Below are positions 20,401-29,682 of a stretch of DNA of 64,000 nt, one piece after another. The position numbers were made by a program, and so were the translations under genes. Positions within the stretch are counted from its first letter, which is position 1; each line of letters begins with the position of its first letter. Below the pieces are notes generated by a model. That model ran no database searches. It was not told the origin of the DNA and saw only the letters and a program-made list of their open reading frames with translations. Origin of the DNA: an uncultured Treponema sp. (lineage in GTDB: Bacteria > Spirochaetota > Spirochaetia > Treponematales > Treponemataceae); assembly GCA_946407195.1 (NCBI GenBank), contig CAMJNC010000002.1, positions 5,658 through 69,657 on the forward strand, given 5' to 3'.

Positions 20401-23400
20401 AAACACTTTGTCCGGCGTTTTTGCCGGTTGAAATTACTGTTTTGAATTCAAGAAAATCTCCGTTTGTTATAGAATCAGCTGATTTCAAGAAACAGTTCAT
20501 ACTGTCACGTGCATAACCATATGGAAGAAGATAAACTTCATAACCAAGTTCATTGAGCTTATCAATTACGGCAATTTCTTTCATTAAAGTTTCGCTTGAA
20601 TCATAAAGAAGTTTTGAACGTGCTATATGACAGTTTTTGTATTTAATATAATCTGCTTTTAAAAGAGCATTTATAAGAGTTTTCTTTTCTTCAGAATTTA
20701 AGCTCCTGTATTCTTTGTCTGTATATTTTTCGATTTCATGTTCAGAAGAATATTCGTGCTTAAATTCAATAAGATGATAAAGTTCTTCAGATGTTATTTC
20801 AGATTTTCCGGAAAGAATATCAAATCTGTTTTCTGGTTCAGGTTGTGAACTTTTCAATTCTTTTTCCTTGATTTTATTTTCTTTTTCCAATTTGTTTTCC
20901 TTTCTTATATCATAGTCTGCAAGGGCTTTATTAAAATCTTTAACAGAAAGTTGAAGGAAGTCTTTCAAGTCCCCTGAAGGTAAATCAATGTTATTTTCAA
21001 ACTCAAAGAACATTGATGCTTCTTTTTCACTTACATGACCTTCTACATCAAGCTCAATTGACGCAAAATCATAAGCAGCGTTAAGCAAACTGCGAGAAGG
21101 ATTTTTTTCAGGATAAAAGCCTTCATTATCAACACTTGTATTAAAGAACAAAACACCGTCTTTAATTCCATATTGATTAGTATCATCCATGTTGTAATGA
21201 GTTGCGAATTTTAAGAAAGTTTTTGATTCTTCTTTTGTAATATTCTTAAAATCCTTTTTAAGGATTTCATATACTGATTCAACGTCCTTTTCATTATTGA
21301 AATCAAGAACGTGAATGCCGTAATTTGTAATTTTAAGCCTCAGCTCTTCAAGCTGGGTAATGTAATCCTTTATTTTAGTAATATCTTTATCATCAGCAGT
21401 CTGTGAATGAAGTTCTGATACTTCCTCTTCATCCCATTCAATTACTTTATCAAGAAGACCTGTAACAGAGACGGATTCCAAATTAAGAACTTCATTTTCA
21501 GAATCAATAAAATATAATTCAAAAGTATTCGGATCAACCCAAAGTTCGAAATTTCTCTCTTCCCATCTTGAATAAATTTCATCAACAAGTTTATTATCAA
21601 TACTATTATCATATACAGAAAGAATCATTTTAAGATTTCCCTGTGTAAGTTCAATTGAAGATACAGGCTGAAGGGCTGCATTGTAATCATTACCGATTTC
21701 AAGATTTTTCAAAAAGTATTCAGCTGACGGTCTTATTAAGTTATAATGCCCGGCAGCAAAATCCCCTGCCCTTGAAAAAGAAACTACAAGCTCAGCAAGT
21801 TTTTTTTCACTCATGCCCATTCTGACTGCAACTTCGTCAAAGCTTGCGTCTGTAAGATGTTCAACTATTTTTCCAAAGCGTGTTTCAAGAGCATCCGATT
21901 CAAAATAACAGTCTTTAAAATCTTTCTGTTTTTCCAGACAGAAAACATAGTCTTTGTACATTTTCTGTATTCTATTGTTCAGAGAATCTGTATAAAGATA
22001 GTCTTTATACTGTACAGCCTGATTATCTGCTAAGGTTGCATGTTCCTGGGACCAGTAATTAATTTCAGAAAGAATGTTTTCTATTCCGATTTTCTTTATG
22101 CCAGTTTTTGTATCATACCATTGTAATTCTCCGGATTTTAAGACCTTAAGATAATTTCTACCATCATCTTCAATTCCAATATTATCTATAATTGCATGAC
22201 ATTTCCAGTCTTCAATTGATGACGATTCACAGCCTTCAAGCTCAGAAAGGAAGTTTCTGATTACAGCCATAGATTTTTCATTACGACTGTAAGGGAGAAT
22301 CTTGAATTCATCATCTTTTTTCATTTCTTGTTCTTTTTCAAAAGAACTGATTAAGTGTACAGAAACGAATACAGGAGACTCTTTTGTAAAATGCTCCATA
22401 ATATATTTTTGGGCCATTTCTTTAAATTCAGAAAAGCTCATGTTTGTACCACCATACTCCCAGCTGTTATCAGAAGGATTTTTCCATTCATGAGTAGTCC
22501 AGTCATATTCAAAGAATTCTTTTCCGTCTGGGCTTTCAAGATGTCCTGACATATCATCCCATTCTACCCACTTCCAGGTTTTTGATGGTTCAGGAATGAA
22601 AGTACCATCTTTATTAAAGCGGTCATATTCTGGATGTTTACTTAAAAAGTCATCAATTGCTTCTTCAGGAGATTCTGCGCTTTCAATATCTATACCAAAA
22701 ACTTTTGCATATTCAGCAATGTTGAAACGTGCATTGTCTTTTGCTGACAAAGCACTATCTCCAAAACTAGTTTCCATAGCCAGAAAATATAAATCATCCC
22801 AGGTATAAAAGCTACGTTCTTCACAGTTTTCTGTTATATGCTGTTTTTTTTCTTCGGAAGGAAGTTCACTTATTTGGTTGTAATTATGATAGAAATTCTT
22901 AAGCGATTCATATATATCCAGGTCATTGTGGTACCGTTCCCTGCCTTCTCCAAGACGGTATTCAAGTTCATTTTGAAGATATGAAAGCATACCTAAAGGA
23001 GTTTCTACATCATTGATAGTATTATCCTTTCTGTTGTATTCAACAAAATTTCCGTTTGTTTTATCAAAAAGAAAATAAAAAGATGATTCATCATAATTCG
23101 CAAGAGAAAGTAAAGCTTCTGCCCTGTCATCTCCAAAAAGGTCATAAGTTTCTTTTTCCAGAGCTTTTTCTATAGCAACAATCTGTTCTATATTTCTTGG
23201 ATCAATAACTTCAAGCCTATCAACTTCTATAAAACTGCTGTTCTTACCTTCTTTATTTTCATTCCATTGGAAAGCTGCAAGTTTTCTTTGTCTTTCATTA
23301 TCAAGGTTATCAAGGTCTGCTAGTGTTTTGTTTACGTTTTTTTCAAAAATTGAAAGATGACTAATTCCGATAATATTTTCCTTCCAGTCTGCAAAAGGAG

Positions 23401-25789
23401 TTTTTTCATGAAAGTTTAAGTAATAGCCGACAGCTTCTGCTTCATTTGCATCTGCTTCAACAATCTGTACTGCATCTCTTTCAATTACACTTTCAAAGTC
23501 TTTATCGTTCTTAATTTCATCATAATTACCAGATGTTTTAAGTTTCTTCTTTTCCTCCTCTACACCCATATTCCAGGCCTGCTTGAAAAGAGCTTTCAGT
23601 GAAGCAGCTTTTATTTCAGAGACAGGTTCCTTATTGTAACTGAACCATTTTTCATCAAAAGAGAAGTCCATATCCTGAGATTCATCATCACTGAAGCTGA
23701 AATATTTTTCATTTTCTTTGATGATATATTCAGATACCTGACGGATATTATCAGGTACAAAAGGTAACTCAGAAGCTTTTATAAAGCCGTAATTTTTTTC
23801 TGTATTTACAAGTGTGCCAGACGGATTGAATAATCCATAGTAGAAACCTTTCTTTGATTCATCATAATATGAGGTAAAAAATATATCCCATTCTTTATTT
23901 CCGATTACATCAAACTTTTGTTCTTTTAATTCTGATTCTTTATGAACTTCAAAATCCGGATCAAGACGGTCCAGTGTATTAATGAAACCTTCTTCAACAA
24001 GTTTTTTAATTCCAGGGCTGTAAATTACGTCTGACATTCTGTATGTTTGTGTTTTTTCACAACCAGTAACAATTTCCTTCCCGTTTTCATCTTTTTCAAT
24101 TATCTGGGTATCACACCAGAACATAATTTCATTATTATGGTCACTGTTTATTTCGAGATTCTTGAAATAGCCCCAGTTATATTTAATGTTACCGTCATTA
24201 AGGTTCAAAAGTTTTTCAAGGTCTAAAGTAAGCTGTGAACACTGAATGCGTAAAGGAGAATTATTGATGTAAGAAGCTTCATCATTAAGTGTCATTTCTT
24301 CACGAATTTTTTCCTCACGCTTCTCTTTAAACTGTGTATAACGTTCAATGTTGTTCTTTACATGGTCTTTTATCATTCCCTGTAAAAACTTTACAAGTTC
24401 TTTGTCTTCAATCCAAATGTCGTTAGGATAACCAAGATTTCCGTCATCTCCCGTACTTGAATAACGGATAAAAAATACATCGTTAAGTTTTTCTTCAAGA
24501 GAGTCATTAGAATATTCACCTTCAAAATCGTCATAACGCAGTGACATTCCGATGTCAAACCAGAAACCGTCAGGGTGTTCTTTTGCATAATCAATTATTT
24601 CATTGTATAAATCACTTTCATGAATCTTTAAGTAATCAAGAACTATATTGTCCGTGTGTTTTTTAAACTCCCAACGAGGCTCTTCATATATTGTAATTTC
24701 ATTTTCTTTTGAACTTTTCCCCATTACAAGTTCAAATCCCTTGTAATAATCATTAAGATTTTCTTCAAAAACATAATCGACTTTAATATCTACATATTTG
24801 TCAATAAAATCTCTTGCATATTCAGAATAATCTTTTTTCTGTTCATCGAGAGCTTTTTTTGTTTCTGACCAGGTTTCAGAAAGTTTCCAAACAGCCTGGT
24901 GATAGAGGTCAAAGTTTATACCATCTTTGTGATTTTCAAGAACAATATTCGGATTAATGTCCATGATTTCAAGGGTCTCATCCAGGTCATAAATACTTGT
25001 TACACTTTTATCGAAACTGTTTTTGGACTTGAAACGGAAATTTTCAGGATAACGGTATTCCATAAAGTCAGAAAAGAATCTGTAATATTCAGCTTCTGTA
25101 GGTGTATTTTCCGGATGCTCAAAATCAATGTCAAACTCGTTTAAAATGTTGTCTGCACGTGAAATAAGGGAAGACAAACTGATTATACTTTCTTCTTTAA
25201 GGTCATTGTCCCAGCAGATAAAGGCTTTTTCTGGGTCATCAGAAGAAGGGTTTTTATATACATGATAGTCTCTGATATTAAGTACTTCCAGAATTGCTTT
25301 TGAAAAGTATTCAGAAACAGCACCTTCTTCCTTGAGTTTCAAGTCATCATCAGGGTATTCTTTGCCAAATGCTTCGAAAAGTTCATCCTGATGCTCATTG
25401 CAGAATAAAGAAAATTCTTTAGCCGTAATTTCTGGGGTGTTATCACGGTCGATGTCCTGTTCATAATTAATGTTTACATAATCCATTTCTACATCATCAT
25501 GTACTGTATCTACATGACCATTTTCATCAACCGGATAAATAAAACCTCCATTGCCGGTGTTTTCGTCTATTCTAATATTAAAATCATACTTATTTCCCTT
25601 GTATTCAAAGCCATGCCAAAAATCAGTAAGTTCCGAAGACGGAGTATTTTCAATATTCAGATTAATAACGTCACCGTTCTTAAGTTTAAGTTCAACAGCT
25701 CCATTATTATTTATTGAGTTGAAGCGGATCTGCATGCCGCAGTGTTCAAAAGATTTAAGACCATTAGTTTTTGTTGTTTTCTTTGCCAT
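17477..25789 (-). CDS. Giant acidic polyvalent-type protein (~2770 aa) with an internal CdiA-C-like PD-(D/E)xK nuclease domain
   Basis: Start corrected to ATG 25789 (AGGAG RBS); SADSITNGDFLEFKT...SRKQADNVFI; ends DSDTIER. Confidence 0.8.
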   Translation of the reverse strand: MAKKTTKTNGLKSFEHCGMQIRFNSINNNGAVELKLKNGDVINLNIENTPSSELTDFWHGFEYKGNKYDFNIRIDENTGNGGFIYPVDENGHVDTVHDDVEMDYVNINYEQDIDRDNTPEITAKEFSLFCNEHQDELFEAFGKEYPDDDLKLKEEGAVSEYFSKAILEVLNIRDYHVYKNPSSDDPEKAFICWDNDLKEESIISLSSLISRADNILNEFDIDFEHPENTPTEAEYYRFFSDFMEYRYPENFRFKSKNSFDKSVTSIYDLDETLEIMDINPNIVLENHKDGINFDLYHQAVWKLSETWSETKKALDEQKKDYSEYARDFIDKYVDIKVDYVFEENLNDYYKGFELVMGKSSKENEITIYEEPRWEFKKHTDNIVLDYLKIHESDLYNEIIDYAKEHPDGFWFDIGMSLRYDDFEGEYSNDSLEEKLNDVFFIRYSSTGDDGNLGYPNDIWIEDKELVKFLQGMIKDHVKNNIERYTQFKEKREEKIREEMTLNDEASYINNSPLRIQCSQLTLDLEKLLNLNDGNIKYNWGYFKNLEINSDHNNEIMFWCDTQIIEKDENGKEIVTGCEKTQTYRMSDVIYSPGIKKLVEEGFINTLDRLDPDFEVHKESELKEQKFDVIGNKEWDIFFTSYYDESKKGFYYGLFNPSGTLVNTEKNYGFIKASELPFVPDNIRQVSEYIIKENEKYFSFSDDESQDMDFSFDEKWFSYNKEPVSEIKAASLKALFKQAWNMGVEEEKKKLKTSGNYDEIKNDKDFESVIERDAVQIVEADANEAEAVGYYLNFHEKTPFADWKENIIGISHLSIFEKNVNKTLADLDNLDNERQRKLAAFQWNENKEGKNSSFIEVDRLEVIDPRNIEQIVAIEKALEKETYDLFGDDRAEALLSLANYDESSFYFLFDKTNGNFVEYNRKDNTINDVETPLGMLSYLQNELEYRLGEGRERYHNDLDIYESLKNFYHNYNQISELPSEEKKQHITENCEERSFYTWDDLYFLAMETSFGDSALSAKDNARFNIAEYAKVFGIDIESAESPEEAIDDFLSKHPEYDRFNKDGTFIPEPSKTWKWVEWDDMSGHLESPDGKEFFEYDWTTHEWKNPSDNSWEYGGTNMSFSEFKEMAQKYIMEHFTKESPVFVSVHLISSFEKEQEMKKDDEFKILPYSRNEKSMAVIRNFLSELEGCESSSIEDWKCHAIIDNIGIEDDGRNYLKVLKSGELQWYDTKTGIKKIGIENILSEINYWSQEHATLADNQAVQYKDYLYTDSLNNRIQKMYKDYVFCLEKQKDFKDCYFESDALETRFGKIVEHLTDASFDEVAVRMGMSEKKLAELVVSFSRAGDFAAGHYNLIRPSAEYFLKNLEIGNDYNAALQPVSSIELTQGNLKMILSVYDNSIDNKLVDEIYSRWEERNFELWVDPNTFELYFIDSENEVLNLESVSVTGLLDKVIEWDEEEVSELHSQTADDKDITKIKDYITQLEELRLKITNYGIHVLDFNNEKDVESVYEILKKDFKNITKEESKTFLKFATHYNMDDTNQYGIKDGVLFFNTSVDNEGFYPEKNPSRSLLNAAYDFASIELDVEGHVSEKEASMFFEFENNIDLPSGDLKDFLQLSVKDFNKALADYDIRKENKLEKENKIKEKELKSSQPEPENRFDILSGKSEITSEELYHLIEFKHEYSSEHEIEKYTDKEYRSLNSEEKKTLINALLKADYIKYKNCHIARSKLLYDSSETLMKEIAVIDKLNELGYEVYLLPYGYARDSMNCFLKSADSITNGDFLEFKTVISTGKNAGQSVYKDSRKQADNVFISLLNETSEDKVINNIYSSIREVKKNVDNPVFEGLVFLNFEKDGDRTVLYSFDKDGYAIRLDNPTAEHLKEFRRTIADSPVLENPMTEHSSSPENNINHENISVNAVKENVTSNLEDWHNTHSLCHTDDLTHFVERMGFIIPDKVTELLITELDKYWAIDIYKENDGNNLFYMDREAEPGSGDDLPIPINSIHDIEKLIGNAIESINNRDNDRGYNDNWSQDDFDVFFSSLEELDNELNHQINSQQIEKERNAMLEELENGGDALSTENMDYPSWNDIQKFCRFGGAVLLYDSQALEIFDFYERNPDFGLYKTKAGNIFIHDNINETTELADPAMLLKGYKLRSMNREHFNEYLEKHCYDDDFDKILEQLGETQEMRQRTKPYSMEDRKQFYLNRALEDSFDTLDKHEDFWQYLLDHDATPKEAIRIAAADANLYDNCHWLLSHIPQNQLEKIFSDKHFAANVYAIAYESVTHDQDSWEAPSDIGFDGFKEIAVLCGKRNEADRYYGELLSGLASKVLEMPMKITPAVDVILDAPALLADYMNKCARYTNEPLITKEEAKIILEYNKSEDYLIYANKGYESVNDTGYSIHIMDLSYDSFNGESIGVTNLSLIQHTMDLTSKAADLDEKIHADNEVVSAIFTRLAEFYPESVKTFEDDIDKMYDFDKITKKEFLEAYSYIRAEEYDATKTKLNVLGITAAQQVENLKAQDHKQSLSKEELGKDYEESWSDLGLNRADYAEDYSKSGATTEKEFKEWVISIELSEELMFHGIEDDELSIPQELNEELTSMRWQIIDSISEKIVSGDIKSVDAQEECDKQLKENPLYIKSVKSGILPDELGVNAKTKSRDELIDSEVKLSAVQLQGEKFIASLNEKLPYYKNNPWLVLKVISEDMKKNNPSDYELLTKFFEEKKLNTREDFNSFFTEVTGKIKVMEVEKKQGINTIPKPEKKHSSLEKDSDTIER

Positions 25790-25889
25790 ATATAAAATTC
25801 TCCTGTTTATTTTCATAACTACTTCTGACGTTTTCTCTCTCCCAGTGGGGAGGGGATAAAATCCCGGAAAGAAAACGGCAGAAGATTTT

Positions 25890-28800
25890 TTATCTGGTAA
25901 ATCCTACGTCATGTTCTCTTGAAATATGACGGGATGGTGACGGTTTATTGATTTCAGGTTCTTTCTTTGCAGCAGAAGGAAGAACGATTGAAGGGTCTTT
26001 GTGTTCATGTTTTACATCAAATGTTTCTTCAAAAAACTTATCAAAGGCGGCTGCAGACTTGATGTTTGATTTGTCAAAATACTGGTTCAAGAGGTCTTTT
26101 GTTTCAGGGGTAAAAGAAGATAAAACCATTTTTGTCGCAAACTTAATATTTTTTACAGGCTGCAGGGAAAGAACATCTTTTGTAAGTTTTACAAATACGT
26201 CACGTGCTTCTTCTGGAGTCCTTGCAAGCGGTTCTGTTTCTTCAATCTTGTTTTCCTGAAGCACTTCTTCTATGGTCATGTTCTGTTTTTTAAGTTCTGC
26301 AAGATCAATGAAGTCCTTGAAGCGGACTGCTTCGGGCATGAGGACTTCAATGTGTTCAGGTCTATCAGGAATAAGTTCAGTGCTCTGGTTAATTGAGTGT
26401 TTTGAGGCAAGTTCTGCTTTTTTATATTTTTCGTTCCAGAACTCTTTATGAAAAGCGGAAAATGTGTTTTTGTTGATTTTATCTTTTTCAAAGTTTTCAA
26501 GAGACTGCTCGCTGTAATCACGTTTAAAACCAATGAAAGCGCCAGGCTCATTACTAAGTCCAAAATAGTTGAGGTAATAATAAGGCTCTCCGCATTCTTT
26601 CCAGACCTGGCCGTTGAACATGACGAAATATTGAGAACTATTCTTAACCTGTTCACTTAATTCGTCAATATTCTTCTGTCTGGCTTCGGTATTTACGATT
26701 GATTTGTCTTTATCAAAGTGTTCCCTGTCATCATGCCATGAAGGAACAGAATCAACTGAACGTGAAAGATTATTTTTAATAAAATCGGGAGAAGATTCAA
26801 TCTTGTCGGAACGTAAGGAACCATGGATGTTTACATGTTCTGCCATGTAAAACTTACCGTTAAACATACGGATTTCATCTGTACAAAGCTTAAAGTCATC
26901 TATTTCTCTGAGTTTTCTTTCTTCCTCAGAAAGATTTTTATATTCCTCATAAGAGGAAATTCCATCCATCTGAGATTTATGGTCAGTTACACGGAATGCA
27001 AGCGGAAAGTCTTTTTCAGATAAATTTTTAATAGTAACCGGAATATCAATCTTTTCTATGATTGTTTTCTCGTTTCTGTGTCTGGAAGAAGGAAGATACG
27101 GAACGATAATATCTGCCGGAATGCTTAGGGTAATGTCATTTTTACGCTCAATTTCGGCAGGCTGTTTTCGGCTTAGGTCATAAGTTTCTTCCGTAATGTT
27201 CTGAAGATTCTTCCATTCAATGCCGCACTGATAAGCACATTCATTTACAACGGCAGGAAGTTCTATATTCCTTTCATTGTTCCATATATCTGAATCAATA
27301 AGATTAAAGTCTTTATCAAAATGCTGGTAGTTCCAGCTGATGTTTCCCTCGTTTTCGAGCATCAGAATGTCGCCGTTAGATTTATCCATAAAATAAAGCT
27401 TGAGGCTTTCAGAAGGTTTTTGTTCAAGCAAGGCTGCCGTAAGGGATTCTTCAATAGAAAGTTTGTCACGGTTTACAGTAACATCTTCAAGATATTTTCT
27501 TATGTAAGGATATTCTTCAAGCTTCATGTAGAATGCAGCCTTATCCTGCTGAAATACTTCTACTTCGTGAGCTACACTTGAATGAAATAGACGAAGGCTT
27601 TCGAGGGAAAGAGATTTTGCAAAGTCTTCTTCACTTTCAGAATAATAGTTGAACCAATAGGGAGTAAGCTCTATGCGCTGCCTGCCTTCGTGGAACACAG
27701 AAGGTACCCTTGCATCAATTTCGTCAAAGGTAATAATAACTCCCTGTTTTCTAAGTTCTTTGGGAACAATGTCCTGAACAGCCTGTCCCACAGCGGCCGT
27801 AATATACGCTTTTGCTTCTTCATATGGAAAGTTCAAGTAATTAACATTATTTCTTACCGCTATATAATGACGGAAAGTAATTTCTTCCTTAAGAGAGTCA
27901 TTGTTAAATCTGTTATCTACAAGCTCTTCAGATTCATGTGCAAATACGGCAGAAATACGGTCTACAAGTTCCTGTGCAATATTGTTATTTTTAAGCCAGA
28001 GGCTGTCAGGAACATTGATTTTATAAGTAAAATCAACAGGAAGAAAATATGTTTTGTCAGAACCTTTTTCAAGTCCGTCTATCAGTTCTTTAATAAAACC
28101 TTTCGGAAGTTTTGGAGAAAGCGAAAGCTCCTTGTCATCGTTACGGTTTCTGAGGTATGTACCTACCTCATCTGGAAAAAGTTCGTTAAAACCATATGGT
28201 TCTGAACCTGAATAATCCTGTTCAACCCAGGTAATATTTTTTTCTGTATCTACAGGAGTTTTTAGCATGAAAACAGAAAGGTTGTCGTCATAATTAATGT
28301 CTGACGCAAGAGTGTCAAATAAATCATATGCAATGTAACCTGATGGAGAGAGAAGTCCAAGGTCATAGCCTTCTTTTTCAAGTCTTTCAAAATACTGCAT
28401 AAGGTTTAAAACTGTAAGCGGTTCAAGATATTCTTTCTGGAAATCTTCACGACTTAAAAGATTAAACTTTGTACAGATGAATGAGTGCTGTTCGGTCTGG
28501 GTATCAAAGACTTCAAGTTTTCCGTCCTTTACAGCGTCATAAATATTGTTTTCACCGTATTCATCAAGAAGGTCTTTAAATGATTGTCCGATTGAAACTG
28601 CATAGTATTCATTAAGTCCAGTATACTCTGCGTCAGTAAGTTCTACATACAAAGGCTTGTTATATTCATCAAATATATTATCCAATTCAATATATGAAAG
28701 GGATGTATAGTCTATTATTTCAGGAGTAAGCCAATTGTCATTATCAAAAAGCTCACAGTGATGAAGATGCATCAGACGGCGGAAAATGGTATCCTTTTTC

Positions 28801-29006
28801 TTTTCTTCAGTATCTTCTACGATACAGGCAGAGAATGCACTCTCATAGTTCTTGCAGTCGGCTTCTGGAAGTCCAAGCTCAAGACGAAGGGAATCAAGTT
28901 TCTGTCTTTCAAGAGGCGATACTGCACTGTCCTGGTAAACAGCCTTAAGTGCTTCCTTGTATTTCTTTACGTTTTCTTCATACTGTTTAAGTTCTGATTC
29001 TGTCAT
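25890..29006 (-). CDS. Large acidic multidomain hypothetical protein (1038 aa)
   Basis: AGGAG RBS; N-terminal TerB-like pattern (DSAVSPLERQKLDSLRLELGL); ends DVGFTR. Confidence 0.8.
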   Translation of the reverse strand: MTESELKQYEENVKKYKEALKAVYQDSAVSPLERQKLDSLRLELGLPEADCKNYESAFSACIVEDTEEKKKDTIFRRLMHLHHCELFDNDNWLTPEIIDYTSLSYIELDNIFDEYNKPLYVELTDAEYTGLNEYYAVSIGQSFKDLLDEYGENNIYDAVKDGKLEVFDTQTEQHSFICTKFNLLSREDFQKEYLEPLTVLNLMQYFERLEKEGYDLGLLSPSGYIAYDLFDTLASDINYDDNLSVFMLKTPVDTEKNITWVEQDYSGSEPYGFNELFPDEVGTYLRNRNDDKELSLSPKLPKGFIKELIDGLEKGSDKTYFLPVDFTYKINVPDSLWLKNNNIAQELVDRISAVFAHESEELVDNRFNNDSLKEEITFRHYIAVRNNVNYLNFPYEEAKAYITAAVGQAVQDIVPKELRKQGVIITFDEIDARVPSVFHEGRQRIELTPYWFNYYSESEEDFAKSLSLESLRLFHSSVAHEVEVFQQDKAAFYMKLEEYPYIRKYLEDVTVNRDKLSIEESLTAALLEQKPSESLKLYFMDKSNGDILMLENEGNISWNYQHFDKDFNLIDSDIWNNERNIELPAVVNECAYQCGIEWKNLQNITEETYDLSRKQPAEIERKNDITLSIPADIIVPYLPSSRHRNEKTIIEKIDIPVTIKNLSEKDFPLAFRVTDHKSQMDGISSYEEYKNLSEEERKLREIDDFKLCTDEIRMFNGKFYMAEHVNIHGSLRSDKIESSPDFIKNNLSRSVDSVPSWHDDREHFDKDKSIVNTEARQKNIDELSEQVKNSSQYFVMFNGQVWKECGEPYYYLNYFGLSNEPGAFIGFKRDYSEQSLENFEKDKINKNTFSAFHKEFWNEKYKKAELASKHSINQSTELIPDRPEHIEVLMPEAVRFKDFIDLAELKKQNMTIEEVLQENKIEETEPLARTPEEARDVFVKLTKDVLSLQPVKNIKFATKMVLSSFTPETKDLLNQYFDKSNIKSAAAFDKFFEETFDVKHEHKDPSIVLPSAAKKEPEINKPSPSRHISREHDVGFTR

Positions 29007-29024
29007 GGTCTTTCTCCTGTATGC

Positions 29025-29681
29025 TTATCTTTCAAACCCGGTTTCGATTTTCTGTTCCTTTTTCTGCTGGCGTTCTTTTTCAATTCTGTAAAGCTGATGA
29101 AGTAAACATCCAAGTTCCTCATTCTTGTTTTTACAGGAAGCAAAAAGCTCAGGCGAAAATTGCTTCCCATCCGTCATGGCTTTACCAAGTCCTGCATTAA
29201 CAGCTTCTTTTCCCTTGTTTGTAACACAGTCGTTAAGAAGCTTGCCAATTTCTGTCCATGATTTTTCCGGCCACATGTCCTTCTGTTCTACAAGCTGCTT
29301 CTTAAACTGTGTAAAATTATTGATTGGGGATGGGTCGTGAATACCTTTATGAATAGAATCACAGAACTCTTTAAGAAGTTCTTTTCTTTGAATAATATCT
29401 TCATTAGACCAGCCATGAAGTTTTTCTGCTTTTTCTCCAAGTTCTTTTAATACGTTATAACTAAAATTCTTGGTATTTTTTGCGCCGTTTCCAATATGGA
29501 AACGGATATTGTTTACATCATAAATGTCAAAACAGTTCCAGTAATTTTGTCCTTCATATTCCCCAACTCTGTCTTCTCCTTTAAAGAGAAATTGAGCATA
29601 AAATTCATAAGGACTGCCAGCTAATCCTACAATGGTTTTGGATGTTCTGTAAGCATCCTGTTTTGAAAATTTTGGTGTCAT
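29025..29681 (-). CDS. Hypothetical protein with C-terminal ...ER tail
   Basis: Start corrected to ATG 29681 (GGAGG RBS); ends IETGFER. Confidence 0.75.
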   Translation of the reverse strand: MTPKFSKQDAYRTSKTIVGLAGSPYEFYAQFLFKGEDRVGEYEGQNYWNCFDIYDVNNIRFHIGNGAKNTKNFSYNVLKELGEKAEKLHGWSNEDIIQRKELLKEFCDSIHKGIHDPSPINNFTQFKKQLVEQKDMWPEKSWTEIGKLLNDCVTNKGKEAVNAGLGKAMTDGKQFSPELFASCKNKNEELGCLLHQLYRIEKERQQKKEQKIETGFER

Positions 29682-29682
29682 A

